Shown here: positions 34,351 through 46,300 of the stretch, one piece after another
Layout: every line of letters begins with the position of its first letter
Position numbering within the stretch: the first letter of the stretch is position 1
Assembly (NCBI GenBank): GCA_043228905.1
Contig: JBHGNT010000014.1
Coordinates: forward strand, 11,160,001 to 11,224,000
Direction of reading: 5' to 3'
Source of the DNA: Azolla caroliniana
Lineage: Eukaryota; Plantae; Polypodiophyta
DNA: 64,000 nt
Notes under the pieces: model-generated
What the model was told of the DNA's origin: nothing
The model's input: the letters and a program-made list of their open reading frames with translations, nothing else
The model's database searches: none
Program-made: the position numbers and the translations under genes

Positions 34351-35672
34351 AAGAAGAATGAAGACTTCTCACATTTTTATGAATCTTTTCATCTTGAGTG
34401 CATCTCCCCACCTCACTAACCTCCCCTTCCCACTTCACTTCGTGCTGCCCATTTGATGCCATACAAGTACCGACCGCGAGTATATTTCTAAGCATTCATC
34501 CTTCTAAGCCAAAGATGGTAAATATACAATATTATAATCTATCTATTATTCCCATCTATCTTCTCATATTTATTCCCTAACTCATAGCTCCTCAATGTAC
34601 TCAATACATTCATAAGTGGTATGCACGTGTAAGGAATAATGAACAATGTATTATGTCTACTTACTTAGTGTGAGGGTAAAGGAGTGACCACTATAAATGT
34701 ATGTGGTACAAATTTCTAAGAAAGAACAAGACTCAACTTTTAGCAAGTTAAGGGATTGTTAGACCATTGTCAGAACGTGACATGTGCAAAGAAAGGAAAT
34801 TGGGAAAAATAAAAGTTGTAGGTTCAAGATTCTAATTTAAGTGGCCACTAGAATAAAAAGAGAAAGAAGAAGATTGTTAACAAATGGGCTCAAAACCTCA
34901 CTAAAGGAGACTTAAGGGAAAAGACAAGTTATAATCCACAATAAGGAAGTGTGTACTTTGTGGTAAATGCATGTAAGTCAACATATATTTTGTTGAAGCT
35001 AGGCTCCCATGCATATAATGACTTAAGGGTGTGCTCAAAAGAAAAATTAATGGTGCATGTTGAAAAGAGAGAATCCTTTTTAATCTGATGAAAGAAATCC
35101 AAAAAGCTATAAAATGAGGAAGAGTGCTCATGGTTCAATTTTCTCATTCCAAGATTCAAATGCTCAAGCTACAAGAACAAATTGAAAATCACAAGGTCGT
35201 GAATCATGAGGGCATGTAGGAGACCTATGATGACCAAGGCAATGTTGCCCTCAATCGTAGGCATGTTGGCCATGTGCCACATGTCATCTTCAGCTATTGA
35301 CAACCTCATTGTTACCTAACCTACCTTAAATCAGGTCCATGCTACCCAACTAGAGGCTCAACAACTAGACTAGGGTTCACTCATCTTTAGTCCTATTTGG
35401 TTATCCTGAACATAAAGCCCCCTTTATTTTCATAATCACCATATAATTTACATCCATTCTTTTTATTTGATCCCATTTTCAATCCAAAAAATGTTTATGT
35501 TATGTTTACAATGAATTTGGTACTCCAATCTATATCATACTTGCATAGGGATTAAGAAATACATGAATTGCATTCTTCTTTCCACAAAAAAAAATCAACA
35601 TTTGAACCCTTAGGATAAATGCCATAAGAAATATTGATGAAGATGATTGATAGTGATGGTGTCGAGTTAGGA

Positions 35673-37840
35673 TCAAGCCCAATATCCAAGTAAAGACATA
35701 GATCCTGCACCGCAAAAGAGGGCACCATAGGAGTAAAGTTGTAGTTTAAAGTTGGTTTGAAGCCTTTGGCTTAAGAAATCTGTGGCGATAAGGTCTACCA
35801 AAGACATGTATATGAGAATGCCAGCTGAAATGGAATCGAATATTCCCTCCACCAATAGAGCCGTCGGGCTATTCTCTTTATAGGTTGATGCTATTCCAAT
35901 CCCAATAGCTATACCCAATGGTGTTGTTACTGAAAAGAAGAAAGCCATAAGGAATTTTCCTAATGTCTTGAATCCACCCTGCAAAAACAATGTCTTTTAC
36001 ACAGATGGAAGACACATAAAACATTTGCATACATATACACATTTTACTTAGCATATTTTGATTTCCATAGATTAATATAAAGTATTAGTTTTTTTACTTG
36101 AGATATGGATCCACCAAGTCCGACACCTTCGAAGAATTGATGGAATGTTAGAGCTGCTAATAATGGCCTCACTATGCATGGGCTCTCTGAGGTTCCCATT
36201 GAAATACCAATGATCACTGAATGAGCAATTATTCCAGCCTCTAGCACCTATATACAAAGAAATGATTTTTAACCCAAGCCCCAAACCAAGAAAATATAAA
36301 AATGACAAAGTAACCATAGAGAACTTTCATAGGTGGAGTAAGGCATATGGGATCCACCCATTTTCCTAGGTGGGAAAGAACCTTGTTTCTTTTGCACATG
36401 TTTGCCTATGATCAAAGACATTTTCCCACATGTTTCCCCATGCATAGGGGCAATGGGTTGCCGAACCCATTTCCACAAGACTTTTCTGATGAAATATAGA
36501 CACTTAAAAATTTGACAAAACACACATATACACACACATGCCCCCAAAGAAGAGTTGAACTACAAAGTCAGATATTTTTGAGTAGGGAAAAAGATTCAAA
36601 GTATCGAGGTTGACTCTTGAGGCCTTGAAAATACAAAACAACAACTTTTCTTTAATTCCCCAAAATACCCATACGTCAAGAAGGGGTAGTTGGGGAAATA
36701 GAGAAAACCTCGGAAATTATTTAGCAGGAAAAGTTTCCAAGTATCAACCTTTACTCTTGAGGCCGTGAAAATACAAAACAACAACTTTTTTTCAATTACC
36801 CAGAATACCCCTTAGGTCAGAAGGGGTAGTTGGGGACATCAAGAAAAAGTCTCATATTTTTCAGTAAGGAAGAGATTCCAAGTATCAACGTTGACTCTTG
36901 AAAAGGCGTTGAAAATACAAAACAACAACTTTTCTTTAATTCCCCAAAATAACCCTAGGTCAGAAGGGGGTAGTTGGGGAAATGGGAGAAAACGTAAGAT
37001 ATTTTTGAGTAGGGAAAAAGATTCCACGTACCAGCCTTGAATCTTGAGGCCTTGAAAATTACAAGACAACAACACCCTTTTTTCTTAATTACCCAAAATA
37101 CCCTTTAAATAGGTGTGAAGGGGGTGGTAGGGGAGATAGCCAAAACGTTAAGAGACAATTGAGTAAAACATGAGATTAAATATTCACACACACAATTCAG
37201 TAAAACATGAGACTAAATATGCACACACACACACACACACACAACTTACTACCTGAGAGATAATGCGATGCCGAATTTGCATGCTCATGGCATCATCTTC
37301 AGGGGTGGTGATGGCTACCATCAGGCTATGAGAATGAATGGGGAAATTAGCTTGTTTCTCCAATGAAACATCAGTGGTAGTATGAGGAGGAGGAGGAGGA
37401 GGAGGAGGAGGAGGAGGAGGAGGAGGAAGATTATGATCATCATTTGAAGAAGCTAGCTTGTTCTTGCGCTTGTTTTGGTAATGGGCATTGGCCCAGGAGT
37501 CGACGAGGAGGGTTAGGAGGGCCGAGAACATGGAGATAATCCCGGCGAACGGGTATTTGCCCCACGGGTTCTCGGGCAAGCAAGGATTGCCGAGTGTCTC
37601 GAACGCGTCTGGGAGCATGTGGACGAAGGCGGTCGCGAGGATGACCCCGGCCGCGAATGCCTTCACGAGAAAGAAGGAGTCGCGGTCGGGCCGGAGGAAC
37701 GCGAACGTGCTGCCGAGGAGGGGCATGCAAACGCCCAGGCTGCTCGCCACCAGAATCACCGCGATACCCCCGAGCTTCAGATTGAGTGCCACTGTCTTGT
37801 CTATGCAATCTCGGGTGTCTGTACTTACACAATCTGCCAT
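35673..37840 (-). CDS. ZIP: ZIP-family zinc/iron transporter, 3 exons (37840-37253, 36247-36098, 35978-35673), 347 aa
   Basis: [54 protein letters not shown] and [13 protein letters not shown] motifs. GT-AG phase-0 introns give exons of 588, 150 and 306 nt. Confidence 0.95.
36571..37150. repeat. ~142-bp minisatellite, 4 copies, in ZIP intron 1
   Basis: Recurring GATATTTTTGAGTAGGGAAAAAGATTC...GAAGGGGTAGTTGGGG units starting near 36571, 36715, 36853 and 36998. Confidence 0.8.
37385..37426 (-). repeat. (CCT)14 coding microsatellite giving poly-Pro in the ZIP variable loop
   Basis: (AGG)14 on the plus strand, translated [16 protein letters not shown]. Confidence 0.95.
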
Positions 37841-37916
37841 CGCTCGCTTCTAACGTTATGGTCTTCGTTTGTAGATTGTTTGTTTACGTGCTTCTTGGGT
37901 CCTTTTCTTCTTTGCC

Positions 37917-37924
37917 TATTTATA
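37917..37924 (-). promoter_or_regulatory. TATA box of the ZIP gene
   Basis: CCTATAAATAGG on the minus strand, ~77 bp upstream of the ATG. Confidence 0.7.
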
Positions 37925-38124
37925 GGCACATTACACACATTTATATAATCTATAGATTATAAGCCACATATATACATATGTCGATAGATAATCTCTCTCT
38001 CTCTCATATATATATGTATAATAATACATATATATCTAATATCTATATATGTATATATGTTTATATAATAATATTTATGTATATATGTGCACATATTGAG
38101 GCTGTCCGATTAGGTGCCTCTATT

Positions 38125-38134
38125 ATGTCGACAT
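38125..38134. promoter_or_regulatory. Zinc Deficiency Response Element (ZDRE, RTGTCGACAY; F-bZIP bZIP19/23 site)
   Basis: Perfect palindrome ATGTCGACAT 285 bp upstream of the ZIP ATG. Confidence 0.85.
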
Positions 38135-39197
38135 TCCATTGCCCTTGGAAAACTATATAAAATATTGCAAACTATATATATAGGGGCTAAGCTTTCACAT
38201 AGCAGACAAAAACATTTTCACACCACTAGAAATGTGCACTACATATTCAACCCTTTATCTTTTCTTGCATTTTGGTTGCACACCAAACAACGGGAAATTT
38301 TATCTTTGACACAGAGAGGGAGAGAGGGAAGAAGAGTTCTGAATGTTTAGGGAGAGATATAAAGAGGGCAAGAGATTTATGTTCTTGAATCTCTATTGAG
38401 AGAGGGACGTCGAAAATTGTAGAGAGGTTGCAAAACTTCATGTCGATAGGAACTATACGAATAATACAACATTGAGATGCCAATGAAACCATCAAAGGAC
38501 TTAATTTGCCAATGGATAGTCCAATGGAGATATAATCTCATGTGCTTCTAAGCAAGTAGATACAAACACAACACATGTTGAGGTCCTTCAAACCTTAATT
38601 AGCGGTTACGATTGCCTCTTACTTGATGTTGAAATACCTAAGAACATGCATCTCAACTTACTTGACCCCATAGAACGTAGTATTCACATTCTTATGCTCA
38701 AACATTTGTTTTCATACGTTTGCAAATGAGTGTGTATATTATGAAAACATCATTTGTTTTTTTTTGTTTGACGTTTTCAAATATGTTTTTCTAACTGTTT
38801 TACCTTCAAAAATGTTTTGCCTTATTGTAAATAATGAATACAAAAGTATGGTATTTACGTACTTCAAAGGTGTTTTACTATACTCGAATGTGAATGCGCA
38901 TATGGTACGTATGGTTCATATTATGCTTACTCTTTTCTAGATCTACTATAGAATTTGCCAACATTAGGTTAAACTTGTGCTTGTATTATGCAAGCTTACA
39001 AGAAATGCTTGACTAGATGATGTTTGTTTGCAATCTCTACCTTTTCGCACATAGTCATCATCAACTTTAGATTAACCTCCATCGAGCTTTTGCATAGAAG
39101 CTCGCTTTAAACCCTCCATTCTGAGTGCTTTAAGTACTAATCAGACTTATTTTTGAGCTATGAATACTTCATTGTCTCTTTCATCCATACGTCTTAG

Positions 39198-39536
39198 TAG
39201 GAATCGACAACGGATCGGCTCAAGCTTGAACTGAACCATTAAACCGTTTGGCCGTTTGTTTCTGTTCGGTTTAGGCTTGAGCATCTTTAATGGGTTTAAG
39301 CTTATTTTGGTATGGCTCAAGCTGAACTGAATTGATTTGGACCAATCTGGATAAACCTTAATAAGTTTGGTTAAATTGATTCCTAAACCGGATTAGGGTT
39401 AATCAGTTTGAACAAATCTATTAGGAATCAGTTCAATTCAAGTTTGGAAACGCCCAAACCGGTTAAGGCTTAACCGATTTGGCTTGGACAAGGCGAAACC
39501 GGTTAAACCGAAACCAAATTGTTGCCAAAAATCCTA
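39198..39536. mobile_element. hAT-family MITE
   Basis: TAGG...CCTA ends, 8-bp TSD CGTCTTAG/CATCTTAG, many AAACCG/CGGTT subterminal motifs. Confidence 0.75.
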
Positions 39537-42500
39537 CATCTTAGTCCAAACAAAATTGTGAGAGTGAAAATGCAAATTGTGATGTTAACTACAACATTGT
39601 AGGAAATGTGCAGTAGACCCTTTTGAGCATACATCAAGTCCTCTCAACCATGATTTATTTTTATTGTTGTCACAAAACTACGGGGGTGAATGTGACAGTT
39701 GAGCGGGACCCCTAGGTACCTATAGTTGTTGTAGATGAAGAGGTGTATGAGTTTTAATGCCTTCCATGAAGCTATTTCTTGAATATGCCTTCGCATAAAT
39801 GTGAACTTGAATATGCCTTCACGTAAATGCGTAAATGCCTTTCACATAAATGTGTCATGTAAATGCTCGTGTAAAAGCATTATGTGATTTGTTCATGAGG
39901 ACTCTTTAGGTAATTCCTTTGTGGAAAACCTTTGCATAATTTCATGCTTTAGGAAAATTATGTGGGGAAAAACTTGTAATTTCGTGCACATGGAAATTCC
40001 TTAGGGAAAAACTTTAGGAAAAAGGCTTTGTGTAAAGTCATTGTGTGATTGAATCACGTAAGTTCTAACGCAAACTTGTTGTGTAGAGGCTTTGGTCTCA
40101 ACCTTTCTATGAAATCCTTTCCCGAAATTCTCCTTGGAACTTGGAAATGTGCCCCAAAAACTTAGAGTGCATCCTCATACAACTTAAGTCCACAAGAATA
40201 CAACATACTAATCGTCAAAGTATGTATAGACTAAAATATTGATGGTGATTGTGATTATATTTCCTTGCATGAAACAAAAGATGAAAGAGAAATAAATCAA
40301 GTTGTATCCAATTACACAAATAATAAACTCTTTTACATAGGGTTTAAGTTTTCAATATTAAGAAGGAATTATGTTTCAAAGAGAGTCAAAGAAAATGAAG
40401 AAATCATCGAGTCTTGGCATGGCCAGTCCACAATCAACCACCATGTCACCTTTTGTTGTCATGGAACTCTCAGATGCCCTTGTAAATTGCTTTTCCTTGA
40501 AATTCTACCAACAAACAAAACCTATGTGTTCAATTCCTAAAGCCCTTATGAAGAAGAAGAAGAAGCAACCATTTTCACCCCACAAGGAGGAAGAAGAAAA
40601 AAAACATTTGCACACAACAAGGAATAAGAAGAAGAAAAAGCTACACACACCAAAAGGAGAAGAAGCAAAACATCACACACACAACAAAGAAGAATTATAA
40701 AAACCTCTCACAAACCACCAAGAATAAGAATAAGAAGAAAGACCTTCCCATCACAAGGTTAGGTGGTGGGCGTATTCCTTTTTCGTCCCTTTCTAAAATT
40801 AGAGTTCTCTTTTCTTCTCATGAAAGGGCACCTAGTTAAATGTATTCGGTCCTCTTTCCCCTTAAGGTTATCAAAAATTTATTCTCCAAATCATGATTTC
40901 ACAATCCTTGCAAGGCCGTTGATGCTTTGCAAATATTCATTGATATGTTCATATGTACGTTTCATTGATACCATTTGTACATTGTAGCTCACGTTTTCCA
41001 TTCTATCATCCCTAGTAGGTTTCACCCTCCACCTTATTATTCAAGTGGTTAGCTCTTGGCATCATTGATGTTACCTTAAAAATAACAATGTGCAAGAAAA
41101 GAAGTAAAAACTAACACTACCTCTTATTATTGTGGTTTCAATCTTCATCTCCTCACTACTTCTTCCAAGTCATCACTCCAACTAGAGTCTTGACCTATTG
41201 TAAAATTCAACATTATAGGATTTCTCCCTTTACACCCACCACATCTTGACATGATTCAACATTGCCAATTTGTAAGGGGGGGCATACAAAGTCATGATTT
41301 GCCTTTCAATTCTTTCTACTATTATATATTCCCCAAGCTCATTCAAGAAGAACCCCCCCTCCATCTTTGATCTATCCAAAGACATTCTATCTTCTCATTT
41401 GATTCATTCTCCATTGTACAATATTGTTCTATAAACTTTCAAGAAGACTTGACCCCTTCTATCGAAGGAAATACACCCACATTGTCCTACTGTCGAATAT
41501 GAGTGTATAATGGCCGTATTCACACTGTCCCTTTGGACAACCCAAGTTTGGGCTATTTTTGTAAATAGCATAAAGGGTAGTTGCCCTAGGATAGTCACTA
41601 TATAAAGTGACTTTGTAACCTTTAGAGGAGGTTGTTGGTTGTCATTTGTAACTGTTGCTATTAAGAAATAAAACGTTTCTTTTGTGCCTATCTGTGTGTG
41701 TGTGTGTGTGTGTGTATCTTGTTTATTCTCATACTCAGGTCCTTCAACATCATAGATGTTGTTTGTTCTTCCACACTAACGACCTTGTCCCCAACATTTG
41801 GTATCCGAGCGTTGGAGCTTCTTCAACCCGCTGCCGACCGTCATAGTACACCACAAAACATTGTCTCTGTTTTTCTTGAAGAACAGAGAAGAGAGAAGAT
41901 AAACAAGAAGTCTACATCTTACTGTGTTAAATCACTAATTGGAGTAAGCTCGTCGGTTGTACTCTGTTCCTATGATTGTAACCACCTGAGATTGGTCTCC
42001 AGGCAACAACAAAATTCGTGCTTCATTTGGCTGATCGACATTCGGGAGGATCAGTTGGATCCGTCCCTCTCATCGTTGCAGTCATCCAAAGCAGAATCGG
42101 GCTAAACAATCAGTTTCTTGTGATTGGTATTCAGCATACAATCGGAAGCTAACCGGAGTCACTCCAAGAAGGTTCAGCAAACAAGTATCCGAAACTAAAC
42201 CGACTCGGGTTCAAGACCAACTAGAACGATATTGGGTGAGCCGACCGGCTACACCCCACCAAGGTTCCTAGTCAACTTCGAACAAAGTCTTACCAACCAA
42301 AACCGAATAAGATGGCATCAACATCCGGCTCATCGGAGATGAGTCTAAGGAGGTTCGACGGTTCGAACTTTAACTTTTGGAAGGAACAAATGTAGGACTA
42401 TCTCATAGTAAAGGGTCAGATAGACCCCATTGAGAATTAAAATTCTCCAGAAGCATACAAGGCAAATGAGTGGCTAAAGCTGGACAAAATCGTCCGTGCC

Positions 42501-43308
42501 ATGATTCGGATGCAGTTGTCGGAGTCAGTGTACTTCATTGTGCAATCATGCTCGACAGCTTTTGAACTTTGGAAAACACTGTCGGAAACTTATGAAAAGA
42601 AGGTCGTCGCAACGAAGATGTATCTGTTCCGGTGCCTCTACAACTTGGAGATGAAAGAATCTGATTCGGTTCAGGCACACCTCAATGAGTACGAAAGCCT
42701 AAGCTCCCAGATATCGTCTCAGGGGACGGCAATAGAGGATGAACTCAGAGCAATGATACTCATGAGTAGTCTCCCCTCTTCTTGGGAAACTTTCGTCACA
42801 ACCGTGTGCAATGCTTCAACAATTGCCATTAAGTACTCCGAAATCACGAGCACAATCCTGGCTGAAGCAGCTCGGAGAAAGTCTTTTGCCAAAGACTCGG
42901 CGGATGAAGCTTACATAGTACAAGGTTCGACCGAAAAATCGAACAACCGAGGAAGAAGTTCTTCTCAACCGATGAACAATCAACAAAGCTGGAGCAACCG
43001 AATTTGCAACTACTGCAAGAAACCGGGATACATCCAAGTTGACTGTCGGGCACTCAAAGCAAAAACCGACAAAGCTTAGAGAGCGGATCAGAAGAGTAAC
43101 GTCGGCTCTTTAGCCGAAATTTTGACGACCGACCCGAACATACTTTCCATAGAGAACCCAATCGAATCAGAAGTTCTGCTTACGACTGAGGAATCGAGCA
43201 CATGGCTCCTGAACTCGGGCGCATCGTATCATGTGACACCTCATCGATCTCAGTTTCGGCAATACTCGGACCGGCACTCCCACTCAGTTCAAGTTGGGAA
43301 CTCGCAAC

Positions 43309-46300
43309 TGACTGGAACTACACGCTCCGATGAACACCGCTCGGCCACAACCGAGCTTAGAATAAAACAAAGAAAACAAGAATTAATACACGACACAATG
43401 GAGAGAAGAGTACACAGGATGTTAACGTGGAAAACCCAAACTAGGGAAAAACCACGGCAGCCCACAGACTGCAAACTAACACTATATCACAATATACAAT
43501 AGTGAAGCACCGAGGCAACGACCTGGAGCTTGCTATCTTCGCCACAGGAGGTGGTTACAACAAAGTCAACAACCTCTTTCTCTCTCTCTCTCTCTCTCTC
43601 TCTGTACACAGTTACGCGCTCAAATCTTGCACCAACAAGAATGAAAACAACACACACAAAAGAGTTTGCCCTAAGTCATATTTATACTAATATGACTTTC
43701 CGGCTATTTACAAATATAAACCCAATGGACTCTCAGAAACATTTTTACGAGCATGTCCCTTCATCCGGTGAGCACTCTTCACCGGGCCTGAATCATTCGA
43801 CGCTTGCCGGGCACTCATCATCCGGTTCTCACCGGGTCTTCCGTTTCCGGGTACTCCTCATCCGGTTCTCACCAGGCCTTCACCATTCGGCTCTTGCCGG
43901 GGACTCGTCATCCGGTTCTCATCGGGTCTTCCGTTGCCGGGTACTCCTCATCCGGTTCTCACTTTCCATCCGGAGGGACCTATTTCCTAACAAACTCCCC
44001 CTTCACTCCGGCATGTGATGTCTTACTAGTATGATCCGCTTTCGGCATGCCTCTAGCTTGTCGGGTATCAGTACTTTGGTCAACATATTTGACCCGTTCT
44101 CGGCCATGTGGATCTTCGTCAGCGCGAATTCCTAGTCATCTACTCTTTCCCGGATCTAGTGATACCTTTGTTGGATATGCTTCGTCTAGGAATGGTAGGC
44201 CGCATGCTTAGCAAGGTGGATGGCACTTTGACTCTCGCAATAGAGCCGGTATTCATCTTGCCGAATACCGAGCTCTTTGATGAAGTCCTTCATCCATAAT
44301 ATTTCCTTGTCGGCTTCCACAACCGCCATGTACTCCGCCTTCGTGGTTGACAACGCAACCGTCTTCTGCAGCCTCGACTACCACAAAACAGCTCCCCCTG
44401 AATATGTCATTACATACCCAGATGTAGACTAGCTGGTATCCACATCAACCGACATGTCCGAATCGGTAAAACCGTCAAGTTGAGGTTTTCCGGAGCCGAA
44501 TCGGAGACACATATTTGAAGTGCCCTTCAAGTACCGGAGTATCCATTTGACCGCGTTCCAGTGCTCCTTGCCGGGATTGCTCATAAACCAGCTTACCACT
44601 CTGACTGCGTATCCTATATCCGGTCGGGTACACACTGTTGCGTACATTAAACTCCCGACGGTAGAGGCATATGGAACCTTCATCATATCCACCTTCTTTG
44701 CTTTCGTCTTCGGGCTTTGCTTACCAGATAACCTGCAGTATTTCGGAAGTGTCGATCCGACCGGTTTCGCATCTGACATGTTGAACTGCTGAAGCACCTT
44801 TGTCACGTACTTCTCCTGTGACAGCCACAATTGCTTCATTGACCAGTTCCGGATAATATGCATCCCCAACATCTGTCTTGCCGGACCCAAGTCTTTCATT
44901 GAGAAGGTCCGGTTGAGAGCCTTCTTCAGCATCCGTATTTTGGCTTGGTCCCGTCCGACGATCAGCATGTCATCCACGTACAGAAGGAGTATCAGGAAGT
45001 CGCCTCCTTCGAATTTCTTCACAAACACGCAGTGATCGGCCTGCGTCTTGTGGTACCCTTGATCGGTCATGAAGGAGTCGAACTTCCGGTACCATTGTCG
45101 GGGAGCCTGCTTCAGTCCGTGCAGGCTCTTCTTCAACCGACAAACCAGGTGCTCCTTCCCTTTCTCCATAAATCCTTCCTGTTGCTGCATGTAGATCTCC
45201 TCTTCGAGGTCACCGTGAAGGAATGTCGTCTTCACATCCAGCTGCTCTACCTCGAGGTCCATGCTTACCGCTATACTCAGCACCGTCCGGATGGAGGTCA
45301 TCTTTACTACCGGGGCAAATGTCTCGTCGAAGTTCACGCCCTTCTTCTGCTGGAACCCCTTCACCACGATCCTGGCTTTGTATTGATGGGAACTCAATGC
45401 TCCTTGTGCGCAATGCTCGGCCACAACCGAGCTTAAAATCATACACAGAAAAACAGGAAATAAAAGCACGACACGAAGAAGAGAAGAGTACACAGGATGT
45501 TTACGTAGAAAACCCAGAGAGGGAAAAACCACGGCAGCCCACAGGCTGCAAACTATCACTATGTTAGAATGTACAACAGTGAGTTCATGGAGGCAACGAC
45601 CTCGTGCTCACGATCTTCGCCACAGGCGGCGGTTACAACATAGGCAACATCCTCTTTCTCTCTCTCTCTAACTGTACACAGTTACGCGCTCCCTCTTTTC
45701 TTGCACCAACAAGAAAAATGACAACCACGTAATTATATCTAAAGCTTGCCCTAAGTCATATTTATACTAATATGACTTTTTGGCTATTTACAAATATAGC
45801 CCTGATAGACTCTCAGAAAGCTATTTACGAATATGTCTCTTCATCCGGTCTTGACCGGGTCTGCACCATCCGGCTCTCCGTAGCCGGGGACTCCTCATCC
45901 GGTTCTCACCGGGTCTGCACCATCCGGCTCTCCGTAGCCGGGGACTCCTCATTCGGTTCTCACCGGGTCTGCACCATCCAGCTCTCCGTAACCGGGTACT
46001 CCTCATCCGGTTCTCCCCGGGTCTGCACCATCTGGCTCTCTGTAGCCAGGTACTCCTCATCCGGTTTCGGCCTCGACCGAGTTTGTTCATCGGCACTGTT
46101 CTTCTCCCTTCCCATCCGGAGGGACCTGTCTCCCAACATGTATCTCGGGGGGTTGCCGGCATGTCCCGGTTTCAACTTGTACACCCACTTATTTCGGAGT
46201 GCCCGTTTTCCTTTCGGCAACTCCACCAATTCATACGTATGGTTCTCATGCAGGGAATCCATCTCATCCTGCATGGCACTTAACCATTTGCGGCTGTGGG

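Noticed and set aside
39590-41480. AT-rich region with Lys-rich ORFs and short repeats
   Set aside because: No recognisable domain or ends. Probably decayed repeat DNA; a call cannot be supported.
45841-46056. Regularly spaced repeats resembling a CRISPR array, or an 18-aa repeat protein
   Set aside because: Head-to-tail 54-bp units with no unique spacers, inside a eukaryotic LTR.
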